Notes under the pieces: generated by a model
What the model was told of the DNA's origin: nothing
Database searches by the model: none
Seen by the model: the letters and a program-made list of their open reading frames with translations, nothing else
Position numbers and translations under genes: made by a program
Virus record (IMG/VR): IMGVR_UViG_3300010357_001332
DNA from: a virus
Lineage: Duplodnaviria; Heunggongvirae; Uroviricota; Caudoviricetes
Length of the DNA stretch: 64,000 nucleotides
Strand: one strand, 5' to 3'
Part shown: positions 37,287 through 46,230 of the stretch, piece by piece
Position numbering within the stretch: position 1 is the first letter of the stretch
How the letters are laid out: each line of letters opens with the position of its first letter

Positions 37287-37742
37287 ATGAAAATAATTAC
37301 AACTTCTGATGGTAAGTGTAAAATACTTTCTTTTCTTTCTGAAAAGAATATAGCAGCATTTACACTCGATTCTGGTGATTGTCATAATGCAGAACCTATT
37401 AAATTAACGTTAAACACATATATCTCCGATTTAGATATTATTGCAAGATGTGAGGGTCTTGATAAAGATTTAAGAATTTTTACTGTTTGTTCTTCTTGCG
37501 GTAAAACTTATAATGATTGTAGCTGTGATCATCTTCATTCTATTGCTTCTAATTATCAATTATGTGTTAGAGATCTAGAAGGAAAATCACCAGGTTATAT
37601 ACAAAGAATAGAAATTTTTGGTAGTGCAGATCAAGATAAACCTATTGTTAAAATATATAAATATGAAATAGATAATAGTAATACAGAAGATATAGTAGTT
37701 AAAAGAGATGAAAATGGACAACCTAAACTTTTTATATATTAG
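37287..37742 (+). CDS. Hypothetical protein with zinc-ribbon-like CSSC..CSC
   Basis: 151 aa within que cluster. Confidence 0.55.
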   Translation: MKIITTSDGKCKILSFLSEKNIAAFTLDSGDCHNAEPIKLTLNTYISDLDIIARCEGLDKDLRIFTVCSSCGKTYNDCSCDHLHSIASNYQLCVRDLEGKSPGYIQRIEIFGSADQDKPIVKIYKYEIDNSNTEDIVVKRDENGQPKLFIY

Positions 37743-37815
37743 AATTTTAAGGAAGAAATATCAACAGAAATGTTGTTTGACCGTTTCCTAATTTATTTTC
37801 TTAGGAGAAAAGATT

Positions 37816-38478
37816 ATGGGTAGAGATACAAATTGCGTAGTACTTCTTTCTGGTGGTTTAGATTCAACAGTTATGCTGTATTGGGTGAAAGAGAGATATG
37901 ATAAGGTATTTCCTCTTTATATTAACTATGGATCAAGTCATAAAGAAAAAGAATTTTATGCCGCACAACAAACATGTAAGGAATTAGGATTATTTCTAGA
38001 AGAAGTAAAGTTAACTGGCAATATACTTTCAGATTCTTCTCTAGTAGACAAATCTATTAGAACTCCAGATGATTTAAAAGATACAATTAATACAGTTGTT
38101 CCATTTAGAAATATTATGATGATTAGTATCGCAGCTAGTTATGCAGATAAAGTAAATGCCGGTGTAATTGCAACTAGTCCAACACGAGAAGATTTCGATG
38201 TTTTCAGAGATTGTAGAAGAGAATTTCATGATGCATTAGAAAAAACTTTACAGATTGCTGCAAAGTACGATCAACCCTATCAAATTTTAACACCTTTTAT
38301 TACTAATACTAAAGAAGATGTTATTCGTATCGGTGTTGATATGGATGTAGATTTTTCAAAAACCTGGTCTTGTTATAATCCACAAAGAGACGAACCCTGT
38401 GGTGTATGTCCAGCATGTAGGGTTAGAGAAAAAGGATTTATGCTAGCTGGTGTAAAAGATCCACTTAGGAGAAATTAA
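37816..38478 (+). CDS. queC: 7-cyano-7-deazaguanine synthase QueC
   Basis: LSGGLDST, VPFRN, DCR, TWSCY, CGVCPAC. Confidence 0.95.
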   Translation: MGRDTNCVVLLSGGLDSTVMLYWVKERYDKVFPLYINYGSSHKEKEFYAAQQTCKELGLFLEEVKLTGNILSDSSLVDKSIRTPDDLKDTINTVVPFRNIMMISIAASYADKVNAGVIATSPTREDFDVFRDCRREFHDALEKTLQIAAKYDQPYQILTPFITNTKEDVIRIGVDMDVDFSKTWSCYNPQRDEPCGVCPACRVREKGFMLAGVKDPLRRN

Positions 38479-39086
38479 TGCTTAGTTCATTAGATACGTT
38501 TTATTACACAGATGAAAATATAGATTATATAGGTGATCAACTTCATAGTCTATTCAATTTTAAAACTGCTAATATGATAGGAGATTCTGTTTTTGCTTTT
38601 GAAGGAAAAATGGATGTAAAAACTGATCATATGGTAGATATTGAAGATGTAAAAGAAAATGATTATATCTGGTCGCCTAAAGCTCTTAACTTTATTATAG
38701 AGATCTTTAACATCAATATAGAAACTGCAGTACTATATCAAAGAGCTTTTATGCAGATTTGTACAAATGTTCTTAAAGATATATTAGCAGAATCAAATAT
38801 TATAGTTTATTTAGTTAAACTGAAAGGTGATGATATTCTAGTTAAAACATTGGATGGAGAAGTTTGGAAGAAGCTTTCTGTATCTATTGCTACAGTAAGT
38901 CATATTTCTGGTTTAATCCACGTAGGTATTAATATAGATACAGATATGAATATACCTGTTCCAGCAATAGGATTACAAGAACTTATCGATTTGCATGTAT
39001 ACGAATTTGGTGTTCGTGTACTAGAACAATTTAAAGACTTTCATAAATCTATAAAATTTGCTTCAGTTAAAATAAAAGGTGTTTAA
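38478..39086 (+). CDS. DUF366-like protein (BPL/LplA-like fold)
   Basis: GDSVFAFEG..DV...HMVDIED...IWSPKALNFIIE, YQR, GDDI, KLSVSIAT, HVGINI. Confidence 0.65.
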   Translation: MLSSLDTFYYTDENIDYIGDQLHSLFNFKTANMIGDSVFAFEGKMDVKTDHMVDIEDVKENDYIWSPKALNFIIEIFNINIETAVLYQRAFMQICTNVLKDILAESNIIVYLVKLKGDDILVKTLDGEVWKKLSVSIATVSHISGLIHVGINIDTDMNIPVPAIGLQELIDLHVYEFGVRVLEQFKDFHKSIKFASVKIKGV

Positions 39087-39089
39087 TAT

Positions 39090-39734
39090 ATGGAAGAACA
39101 ACTAATTAAATTACTCCAAAAAGAATCGTTTAAGAAAATGGAAGAAGGAGCAAGACTTCTTCTTGAGGGTTTAGGTGAAGTAACAGCACCAGAATCTACC
39201 AGTCCCTTAACAACATATTCGACAATTTCTTTGGATGATCCTAATTTTAAGAAAACACCTTATAGGATAGCAAAAGCTTGGGTAGAAATGTGTATAGGTC
39301 TTTCGCAAAAACACGAAGTAACAAAAATATTAGAAACCAATTTTCCAAGTAATTATACAGGAATGATAATTATTGATTCAATTAATTGTTATTCAATGTG
39401 TCCACATCATGCACTTCCTGTAGCTTATCGTGTAGATTTTGGATATATACCTTCTGATAAAATGTTGGGTCTTTCGAAGATTCCTAGATTTATAAAACTC
39501 TTAGCTAAACAACCCATACTTCAAGAGGATTTTACTAAACAATGTATTGAACAATTTGTCGAACATGTTAAACCTGAAGGTGCTATTTGTGTGGTAAAAG
39601 GTGTACATAATTGCATGGTTTGCAGAGGCGTTGGTGCTATTAATTCAAGTGCTACTACGTCAGAAGTCTACGGAAGTTTTGAAAAACTAGAAACTAGAAC
39701 AGAATTTTTAAATTTAGTTAAAAAGAATACATAA
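39090..39734 (+). CDS. folE: GTP cyclohydrolase I
   Basis: TPYRIAKAW, SMCPHHALP, GLSKIPR, QE, HNCMVCRG. Confidence 0.95.
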   Translation: MEEQLIKLLQKESFKKMEEGARLLLEGLGEVTAPESTSPLTTYSTISLDDPNFKKTPYRIAKAWVEMCIGLSQKHEVTKILETNFPSNYTGMIIIDSINCYSMCPHHALPVAYRVDFGYIPSDKMLGLSKIPRFIKLLAKQPILQEDFTKQCIEQFVEHVKPEGAICVVKGVHNCMVCRGVGAINSSATTSEVYGSFEKLETRTEFLNLVKKNT

Positions 39735-40300
39735 TGGTATATACTAAACAACAAAATATAGAGATATCTAAAAAAAGATATCAGTATGTTCAACAAATCA
39801 TTAAACTGCTTCCTTCTAAAACTTATTTACATGAATGTTCTTTTGAAGAAGACAAGTTTGGTGGATCTGATTTTATAATCATTCAAAAAGCAATTAATGT
39901 CAGTTATGCATGTAGATTATTAAATGATAAACCGCATTGGGATCGTATAACTTTTCGTGTGCATACTTATGATCATACTGATGTACCTAATCAAAAATAT
40001 AGTGAATACTATAAAATTCAAAGAGATGAAGTAACTTGGGATAGGTATTTCTTTGGTCATATAAATACTAGTAATATAATAACAAAGTGGTTAATTTTTG
40101 ATAGAAGAAAAGCTATAGATAGTGGCATTTTTAATATGCCAGTTCAGCTTAATAACTTCAACTATCCCAGAAATCTAAAATGGAATGATTCAAAAAAAGA
40201 AGATGATAGAACAGGATTTATTTCTTGTAGGATGTCTGATTTTTTTAAAGTTGGTGCAGTATTACATAGTTACGATAAGAAAGGTACTTTAGATGTTTAA
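39734..40300 (+). CDS. Hypothetical protein, possible restriction-endonuclease-like fold
   Basis: EDKFGGSDF...YACRL...ITFRV pattern; weak. Confidence 0.4.
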   Translation: MVYTKQQNIEISKKRYQYVQQIIKLLPSKTYLHECSFEEDKFGGSDFIIIQKAINVSYACRLLNDKPHWDRITFRVHTYDHTDVPNQKYSEYYKIQRDEVTWDRYFFGHINTSNIITKWLIFDRRKAIDSGIFNMPVQLNNFNYPRNLKWNDSKKEDDRTGFISCRMSDFFKVGAVLHSYDKKGTLDV

Positions 40301-40529
40301 TAATTTTTTTAGAAAGAAAGAAAAAGTAATAATGGATACTATACGAGATGATGATACAGTACATTTTCTAACCACACAAAGAATTATTGAAATATTAAAT
40401 GATCCCAAACTGGCATCAGAAGATGAGATTAGAAATTTAGCTTATACTGTTTTAGAAACTTTAGATATTTTAAGTAATGCAATTATGCAAAGTATCACTG
40501 ATAAAGGTGATCCTTCAAATTTACATTAA
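40293..40529 (+). CDS. Hypothetical protein
   Basis: 78 aa, overlapping neighbour. Confidence 0.5.
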   Translation: MFNNFFRKKEKVIMDTIRDDDTVHFLTTQRIIEILNDPKLASEDEIRNLAYTVLETLDILSNAIMQSITDKGDPSNLH

Positions 40530-40539
40530 GGAAGTATGT

Positions 40540-41715
40540 ATGAGTAATATAATAGAATTTATATCTAAATGTTTTGCTTTTAAAAAACTCAGAAAAGCAA
40601 ATTATAAATGTGAATTTACTGGTGTAGAACTTTCAGGAAGTACTGGATTTGCAGTATATTCTATTTATAATATTGCAGAAATAGAAGAGTATGTAAAATC
40701 ATATGAAAATAAAGATGAGATTATTTACTGGGTTTTCGATAGAATGTGGGAAGATTGGCTTTTGATAATTTCAAAAGATGTTCACTTCGAGCAAGAAGAA
40801 AAGGTTAGACAATCAATTAAATCGTTAGATGACTATGCAAAAAAGATTATAGATAAAGTTATAGATAATCTAAAAACTCCTCTAGGTTCTAGAACAGCAT
40901 ATATTAATGAGTACGATCCTACTCTGCTTCTTCCAGTTAAAAGACAACCTACACGTGAAGCAATTGGATATGAGTATATTCCTTTTGTAGGTCTAGATGT
41001 ATGGAATGGTTATGAATTATCTTATCTGGATAGAAATGGAAAACCTGTAAATAAAATGATTCGTATTGCTTATGATTCAGATAGTGAATCTATTATAGAA
41101 TCTAAATCGTTAAAACTTTATTTTAATTCTTTTAATAACACTATAGTAGAAAAATTAGGTAAAGGTAATATAATAGATATTATTAAGCAAGATTTAAAAC
41201 AAGCAATTAAATGTAATTCTATAGAAGCATACTTTATAGAAACAAATTATATTCATGATTTTGCTAAGTATTACTATCCTATAGATCAATTACGTTGTGA
41301 TAAGTATTCATATGATTATGACCCAGATTTGCTTGAAATTCAACCTTCATTATATAATTATCCTATTTTTCTAAAGACAGATTTACTTAAATCTAACTGT
41401 AGACACAGTGGTTTACCAGATTGGGGAACTGCTTATATTTCTTATGAACCAAATTCTGCGCAATTGGATCCTTATTCTGTTTTAAAATATATAATTTCTT
41501 TCAGAAATCACAGAGAATTTCATGAAGAGTGTTGTGAAAGAATTATGCACGATATCATGTTTAAAATTAACCCAAAATGGTTACGTGTAGAACTTCGGTA
41601 CACACGTAGGGGCGGTTTAGATATCAACCCAATTCGTGTATTTGATTCAATAGGTGAGTATAATTATGATTTTCATGTTGAATTTTCTAGATATGCAAGG
41701 GAGATAAGGCAATAG
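40540..41715 (+). CDS. queF: Bimodular NADPH-dependent preQ0 reductase QueF with ~110 aa N-terminal extension
   Basis: YDPTLL, DVWNGYELS, ESKSLKLYFNSFN, LKSNC (catalytic Cys), PDWG, EFHEECCERI, YTRRGGLDINP; ATG 40540 preferred. Confidence 0.9.
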   Translation: MSNIIEFISKCFAFKKLRKANYKCEFTGVELSGSTGFAVYSIYNIAEIEEYVKSYENKDEIIYWVFDRMWEDWLLIISKDVHFEQEEKVRQSIKSLDDYAKKIIDKVIDNLKTPLGSRTAYINEYDPTLLLPVKRQPTREAIGYEYIPFVGLDVWNGYELSYLDRNGKPVNKMIRIAYDSDSESIIESKSLKLYFNSFNNTIVEKLGKGNIIDIIKQDLKQAIKCNSIEAYFIETNYIHDFAKYYYPIDQLRCDKYSYDYDPDLLEIQPSLYNYPIFLKTDLLKSNCRHSGLPDWGTAYISYEPNSAQLDPYSVLKYIISFRNHREFHEECCERIMHDIMFKINPKWLRVELRYTRRGGLDINPIRVFDSIGEYNYDFHVEFSRYAREIRQ

Positions 41716-42738
41716 ATGGAGAGATTAGTTCTTTCTGCTTTCATACGCTATTATCATATCTGCAAATACTTAGGAGCCAAGAACTTACTTGGCTCCAAGC
41801 ATTATCCAGAGCAGATAGTAAAAGCTTTGGATTATGTTCAAGGCACAGATGCTATTAATCCTATAACAGGAGAAAGAGATAAAGGTATAGATGGCGTAAA
41901 TCTTATTATAGATTCTGGAGCTTTTTCTGTTTGGAATGCAGGTGGTAAATTAGATGTAATGGAATATATTGAATTTTTACGAAAATTTGAAAAAGAACAC
42001 AGATCTAAATTTAATGAAGTATGGTATGTTAATTTAGACGTTATTCCAGGAAAACAAGGTGAATCACCTACTATGCAGCAAATTAATGATGCAATAGAGG
42101 AAGGATTTAAGAATTATGATATCATGCGAAATGAATTTGATAATGTAATTCATGTATTCCACCAAGGTGATTCAGAAGAAGCATTATTACGATTATTAGA
42201 TACAAAACCTGCTTATATTGGTATATCTCCTTCTAATGATGTTATGACACCTCAGAGAACCATTTGGTTGGACGAAACTTTTAAGAAAGTACCGAAGGAA
42301 GTTAGAACTCATGGATTTGCTGTAACATCTTTTGATTTAATGAAATCATTCGATTGGTTTAGTGTAGATTCAACTTCTTGGTTTATGATAGGAATGTATG
42401 GAAAGTTATCTATACCTTTTAATTCTAAAGGAAAGGTTGTGTTAGGTGACGACGATGTATATTCCAAAAAAGAAATTAGTGTTTCTGTAGAAAAAGCAAG
42501 TAAAGGTCCAGATGGATATAAATTTTTAATGCAATCACATAAAAAAGGTAATAAAGCTTTTCTTGAACAAGTAAATCAATATATAGAATATCTGTGCAAG
42601 AGATATCCATTTATAACACCTTCAGATTTATTTGGTGAAAGAAATCAAGCAAGAGTATTTGCTAATTTAAATGTGTTTTTAGATTTCGAAAGACAAGGTA
42701 AAAGAACCTGTAATGTAGAAGTAAATTCATTGTTCTAA
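41716..42738 (+). CDS. dpdA: DpdA-like (TGT-fold) 7-deazaguanine DNA base-exchange enzyme
   Basis: IIDSGAFS, NLDVIPG, VFHQG, HGFAVT, SVDSTSW; ends the que cluster. Confidence 0.8.
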   Translation: MERLVLSAFIRYYHICKYLGAKNLLGSKHYPEQIVKALDYVQGTDAINPITGERDKGIDGVNLIIDSGAFSVWNAGGKLDVMEYIEFLRKFEKEHRSKFNEVWYVNLDVIPGKQGESPTMQQINDAIEEGFKNYDIMRNEFDNVIHVFHQGDSEEALLRLLDTKPAYIGISPSNDVMTPQRTIWLDETFKKVPKEVRTHGFAVTSFDLMKSFDWFSVDSTSWFMIGMYGKLSIPFNSKGKVVLGDDDVYSKKEISVSVEKASKGPDGYKFLMQSHKKGNKAFLEQVNQYIEYLCKRYPFITPSDLFGERNQARVFANLNVFLDFERQGKRTCNVEVNSLF

Positions 42739-42753
42739 AGGAGAAGGATATTT

Positions 42754-42960
42754 ATGGTAATATATAATCCTCCACCTCAAAACCAGAGTAGAAAAAAAAG
42801 AATTCTTGGTAGAATAGTAAGATTATTATTTTGGATTTGGTTATTTGGAGCAATACCTATAGGTGTTCTTATTAATAGTACCGCTGCACTGTATTGGATT
42901 TTAAGCCCATTTATAGTTATAGTAATATTAGGAATCGCCAATCATATTTGGAATGGATAA
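42754..42960 (+). CDS. Small membrane protein
   Basis: Two hydrophobic helices; AGGAG RBS. Confidence 0.6.
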   Translation: MVIYNPPPQNQSRKKRILGRIVRLLFWIWLFGAIPIGVLINSTAALYWILSPFIVIVILGIANHIWNG

Positions 42961-42983
42961 TTAAATTAAAATTAGAGGAAAAT

Positions 42984-43289
42984 ATGGAGACACTTGGTAA
43001 AATAACATTTGAAAAGGATGTATTAAATAGTTTAAAATTTTATACCATGTTATCAATTTTTCTTGGTAGTCAGGGTATGTCTGAAGAAAGATGTTCTAGA
43101 GCTCTTACAGAATATATTCATATGTTAAAAGAAAATGATGATCATTTTAAAGATCCAGAAGTTATGTGTGCTTATTTACAAGAAGCTTATAATAAGTTAC
43201 CAGCTGATTTTCTAGAATTATTCGAAATACCTTCTGGGCTGGGTGATGGGATACGAATACTTGATAAAACCTATAATTGGATAAAATAA
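42984..43289 (+). CDS. Hypothetical protein
   Basis: ATG 42984 with GAGG RBS (track start 42894). Confidence 0.55.
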   Translation: METLGKITFEKDVLNSLKFYTMLSIFLGSQGMSEERCSRALTEYIHMLKENDDHFKDPEVMCAYLQEAYNKLPADFLELFEIPSGLGDGIRILDKTYNWIK

Positions 43290-43303
43290 CTTAAGGAGTA
43301 GAT

Positions 43304-44713
43304 ATGGCAGACGTAAAAGTTAAAGAAAAGAAAGAAAGTACATTTGTTGCGGATAAAGAACTATCTCCAGTAATTAATCAAATAAATAAAGAATTTGGTA
43401 CCACCAAAATTACTACTCTTACTAAAGCTAAATCTTTTGCAGTTAAAAGATATTTTAGTGGTTCTTTTGGTATTGATCACATTACTGGTGGTGGATATAC
43501 CTATAAAAGAATTCTTTTATTATATGGTCATAAAAGTAGCGGAAAGAATAGTCAGCTTTACCAAATGCTTGCTTATAATCAGAGACTATGCAGACATTGT
43601 AAAGGTGTTCTTCCTGAATATTTTGAAGCAAAAACATACGATAGATGGACAAATATTTTAGTTAATTATAAAAATATACCTGTGTGTAATTGTGGAAAAG
43701 CACAAGGTAAGATATTTCTTCTTCTAGATTATGAAAAGTCGCTAGGTGTAGAAGAACCAAGACCTACTATAGTTAGATCTATTACAAATAGAAATACTGG
43801 CGATGAAATCAATGAAAATGATTATAATCAACAGGTAGATATTCTAAAAGATCTTAAAGCTAAAGATAAACTAACAGATGTAGAACAATCTATGATAAAA
43901 AACATAGAAACTTGGCTACAAAATCTAGATATAAAAGAACAAGAAATTACTAAGATACCAGAAACCGATTATATGTCAGCTTGTGGAATTAATATCGATA
44001 ATCTTTTGGTTGCAGAACCCAAGTTTATGGACGAAGGTATTGATATTGTTAAGAAGATTGTTAAATCTAGAGAAGTAGATGGAATTATTTGGGATTCTAT
44101 CCAAGCTGCAATTCCAATGTATGTGGAAAAACGAGATGCAGAAGAAGCAACAATGGGTGTTGAAGCAAAATTAACAGGTCTTTTAATGAGACAGATTGGT
44201 GCAGCATTTGCAGCAGATGATCTTCTTGATCCTGGCGAAGCATATAAACCTACAGTATTTATTACTTCACAAGTTAGAAGTGAATTAGGTACAATGTATG
44301 CTAAACCAGATTCATACTCTGGCGGTAATGCTTTAGCTCATCATATTTCTCTTGCTCTAGAAGTTAAAAGAGATAAGTTTCTAGATCAAAACGGAAGAGA
44401 GGCTGCTTGGGGGACTGTTTATTATGGTCAGCAAACTAGAGTTAGAGCAGAAAAAAGTAAAATAAGTTCACCAGGTGAAATGTTCACATATGATTATTAC
44501 TTTAAGGCAACTCCACAATTTCCTGTTGGTACTATAGATCATATTAAAGAGATAATGGATTTAGGTATCGCTTTTTCACTAATAAAGCAAAGAGGACCTT
44601 ATTTCGATTGCAACGGAAAAACGTTTCAAGGTAAAAATGCTTTACGAGAAGCTCTTGCAATGGATCCTTCTTTCACTTCACAATTATATAATGATATTAT
44701 AAAAAGGTGCTAG
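43304..44713 (+). CDS. recA: RecA/UvsX recombinase with two insertions
   Basis: SGSFGIDHITGGG, Walker A GHKSSGKNS, IIWDSI, SQVR, GGNALAH. Confidence 0.88.
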   Translation: MADVKVKEKKESTFVADKELSPVINQINKEFGTTKITTLTKAKSFAVKRYFSGSFGIDHITGGGYTYKRILLLYGHKSSGKNSQLYQMLAYNQRLCRHCKGVLPEYFEAKTYDRWTNILVNYKNIPVCNCGKAQGKIFLLLDYEKSLGVEEPRPTIVRSITNRNTGDEINENDYNQQVDILKDLKAKDKLTDVEQSMIKNIETWLQNLDIKEQEITKIPETDYMSACGINIDNLLVAEPKFMDEGIDIVKKIVKSREVDGIIWDSIQAAIPMYVEKRDAEEATMGVEAKLTGLLMRQIGAAFAADDLLDPGEAYKPTVFITSQVRSELGTMYAKPDSYSGGNALAHHISLALEVKRDKFLDQNGREAAWGTVYYGQQTRVRAEKSKISSPGEMFTYDYYFKATPQFPVGTIDHIKEIMDLGIAFSLIKQRGPYFDCNGKTFQGKNALREALAMDPSFTSQLYNDIIKRC

Positions 44714-45217
44714 ATGAATTATAAGAAGATATCCACCAAGAGAGAAAAAGAAATTGCAAAAGATATTTCAGGACAAAGACATGTAGGTTCTGGAAATGTC
44801 TGGTTTAAAAGAGGCGATGCAAGTAATGAATTTCTTCTTATAGAAGATAAATTTGTTATATCAGATAGATACAGTATTAAGTTAGATATAATAGATAAAT
44901 TAACATCACAAGCACATAAACAAGGAAAATTACCTATTTTGAGATTTGGATTTAGTAATAGATCCATATTTCAGAACTATGCATGTATAGAATCTTGTTA
45001 TTGTAACCAAGAAGCAGAAGTAGGCTCTATTATGTTCTATACTTCTAGTAAGAAAAGTAAAACTATTAAATATAATGATTTATACGCTGCATTAACTACC
45101 TTTCAAGGTGATCCCATTGTATTAAAGTTGGTATTCTATGAAGAAAGAAGAACCTTCTATATAATAGAATGGCAAGATTTTTTAAAATCTCAAGAAAATC
45201 TTATTGTTTCTTTTTAG
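44714..45217 (+). CDS. PD-(D/E)XK Hjc-like endonuclease
   Basis: REKEIAK...GSGN..KRGD...IEDK. Confidence 0.7.
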   Translation: MNYKKISTKREKEIAKDISGQRHVGSGNVWFKRGDASNEFLLIEDKFVISDRYSIKLDIIDKLTSQAHKQGKLPILRFGFSNRSIFQNYACIESCYCNQEAEVGSIMFYTSSKKSKTIKYNDLYAALTTFQGDPIVLKLVFYEERRTFYIIEWQDFLKSQENLIVSF

Positions 45218-45272
45218 AAAAACTATATAATATAATATTATATAGTATAATACCATTTAAAGGGTTAATATA

Positions 45273-46001
45273 TTGAAATGTCCTTACGGAATCTGTAGCG
45301 GAACGGGCTTTATGCCAGTAATCTCTGCAACAGGTGAGCAAGAATTTACTCCGTGTAAATGCCGCCTGGAAAGAATACAGAAAGAATCGTTAAGAAAAAA
45401 AAGAATAGAAGCCAGAATCCCGGTTCGATACTGGGATTATTCTTTTGATAATTATAAAGCTCTAGCAAAAATGCTAGAGCCTAAGTTATTACCAGCAGTT
45501 ATTGCTTCAAATGCAGAATATCTTAAAGTTTTAGAAAATTATATAGATAACCCTCAAAAATTATTAGAAGGTCCTCAGGTTCTATGGATTTGGGGTACAG
45601 ATGATAATGCTTGTCATACAACCCTAGCTACTGTTTTAGCAGATAGCTTATTAAAAGTTAATGTGAAAGTTCTTTTTCTTGAATTTTATAAACTAATGGA
45701 GATGTTTACAAATTTTTCTTCAAGATCTGAATATTTTCAGCAATTACAAGGGTATCAAGTATACATTTTAGATGACGCATTCGATACCACTAGATGTAAT
45801 CCTACAAATTATAAACAATCTCAGTTATTTGGGTTTGTTAATGATTTATTAAATGATAATAAGCATATAATCTGTACATCTAATATTAGTGCTAAAAGTA
45901 TTGACAATATTTTTAGTCAATTAAGAATAATTATTAATAGATCTGTGGAAGAAGTTAGACTTCAAGGATCTTTTACACCTATTCTTCAACATCTTAAATA
46001 A
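45273..46001 (+). CDS. DnaC/IstB-like helicase loader with degenerate Walker A
   Basis: N-terminal CPYGIC..PCKC, IPVRY, LWIWGTDDNACHTT, YILDD, IICTSN; upstream of dnaB. Confidence 0.7.
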   Translation: MKCPYGICSGTGFMPVISATGEQEFTPCKCRLERIQKESLRKKRIEARIPVRYWDYSFDNYKALAKMLEPKLLPAVIASNAEYLKVLENYIDNPQKLLEGPQVLWIWGTDDNACHTTLATVLADSLLKVNVKVLFLEFYKLMEMFTNFSSRSEYFQQLQGYQVYILDDAFDTTRCNPTNYKQSQLFGFVNDLLNDNKHIICTSNISAKSIDNIFSQLRIIINRSVEEVRLQGSFTPILQHLK

Positions 46002-46003
46002 AT

Positions 46004-46225
46004 ATGGCAAAATTATTAACCTTCAAGTGTGAAGATGTAATTTTTGATGTTTATGATACTGAAAGAGTTCCTATGGACTCAAGTAAATATCAATATTTTA
46101 TCACACCAAGAAGATTTGCACGAATAGAAGCCTGGAGAATTCAAAATAACTTAAATTCTCCAATTTCTACTAAAGAACAATTAGATTATCTTATACAAAA
46201 TGATATGATAGGGACGTATAAATAG
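46004..46225 (+). CDS. Hypothetical protein
   Basis: 73 aa in operon. Confidence 0.55.
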   Translation: MAKLLTFKCEDVIFDVYDTERVPMDSSKYQYFITPRRFARIEAWRIQNNLNSPISTKEQLDYLIQNDMIGTYK

Positions 46226-46230
46226 AATCT

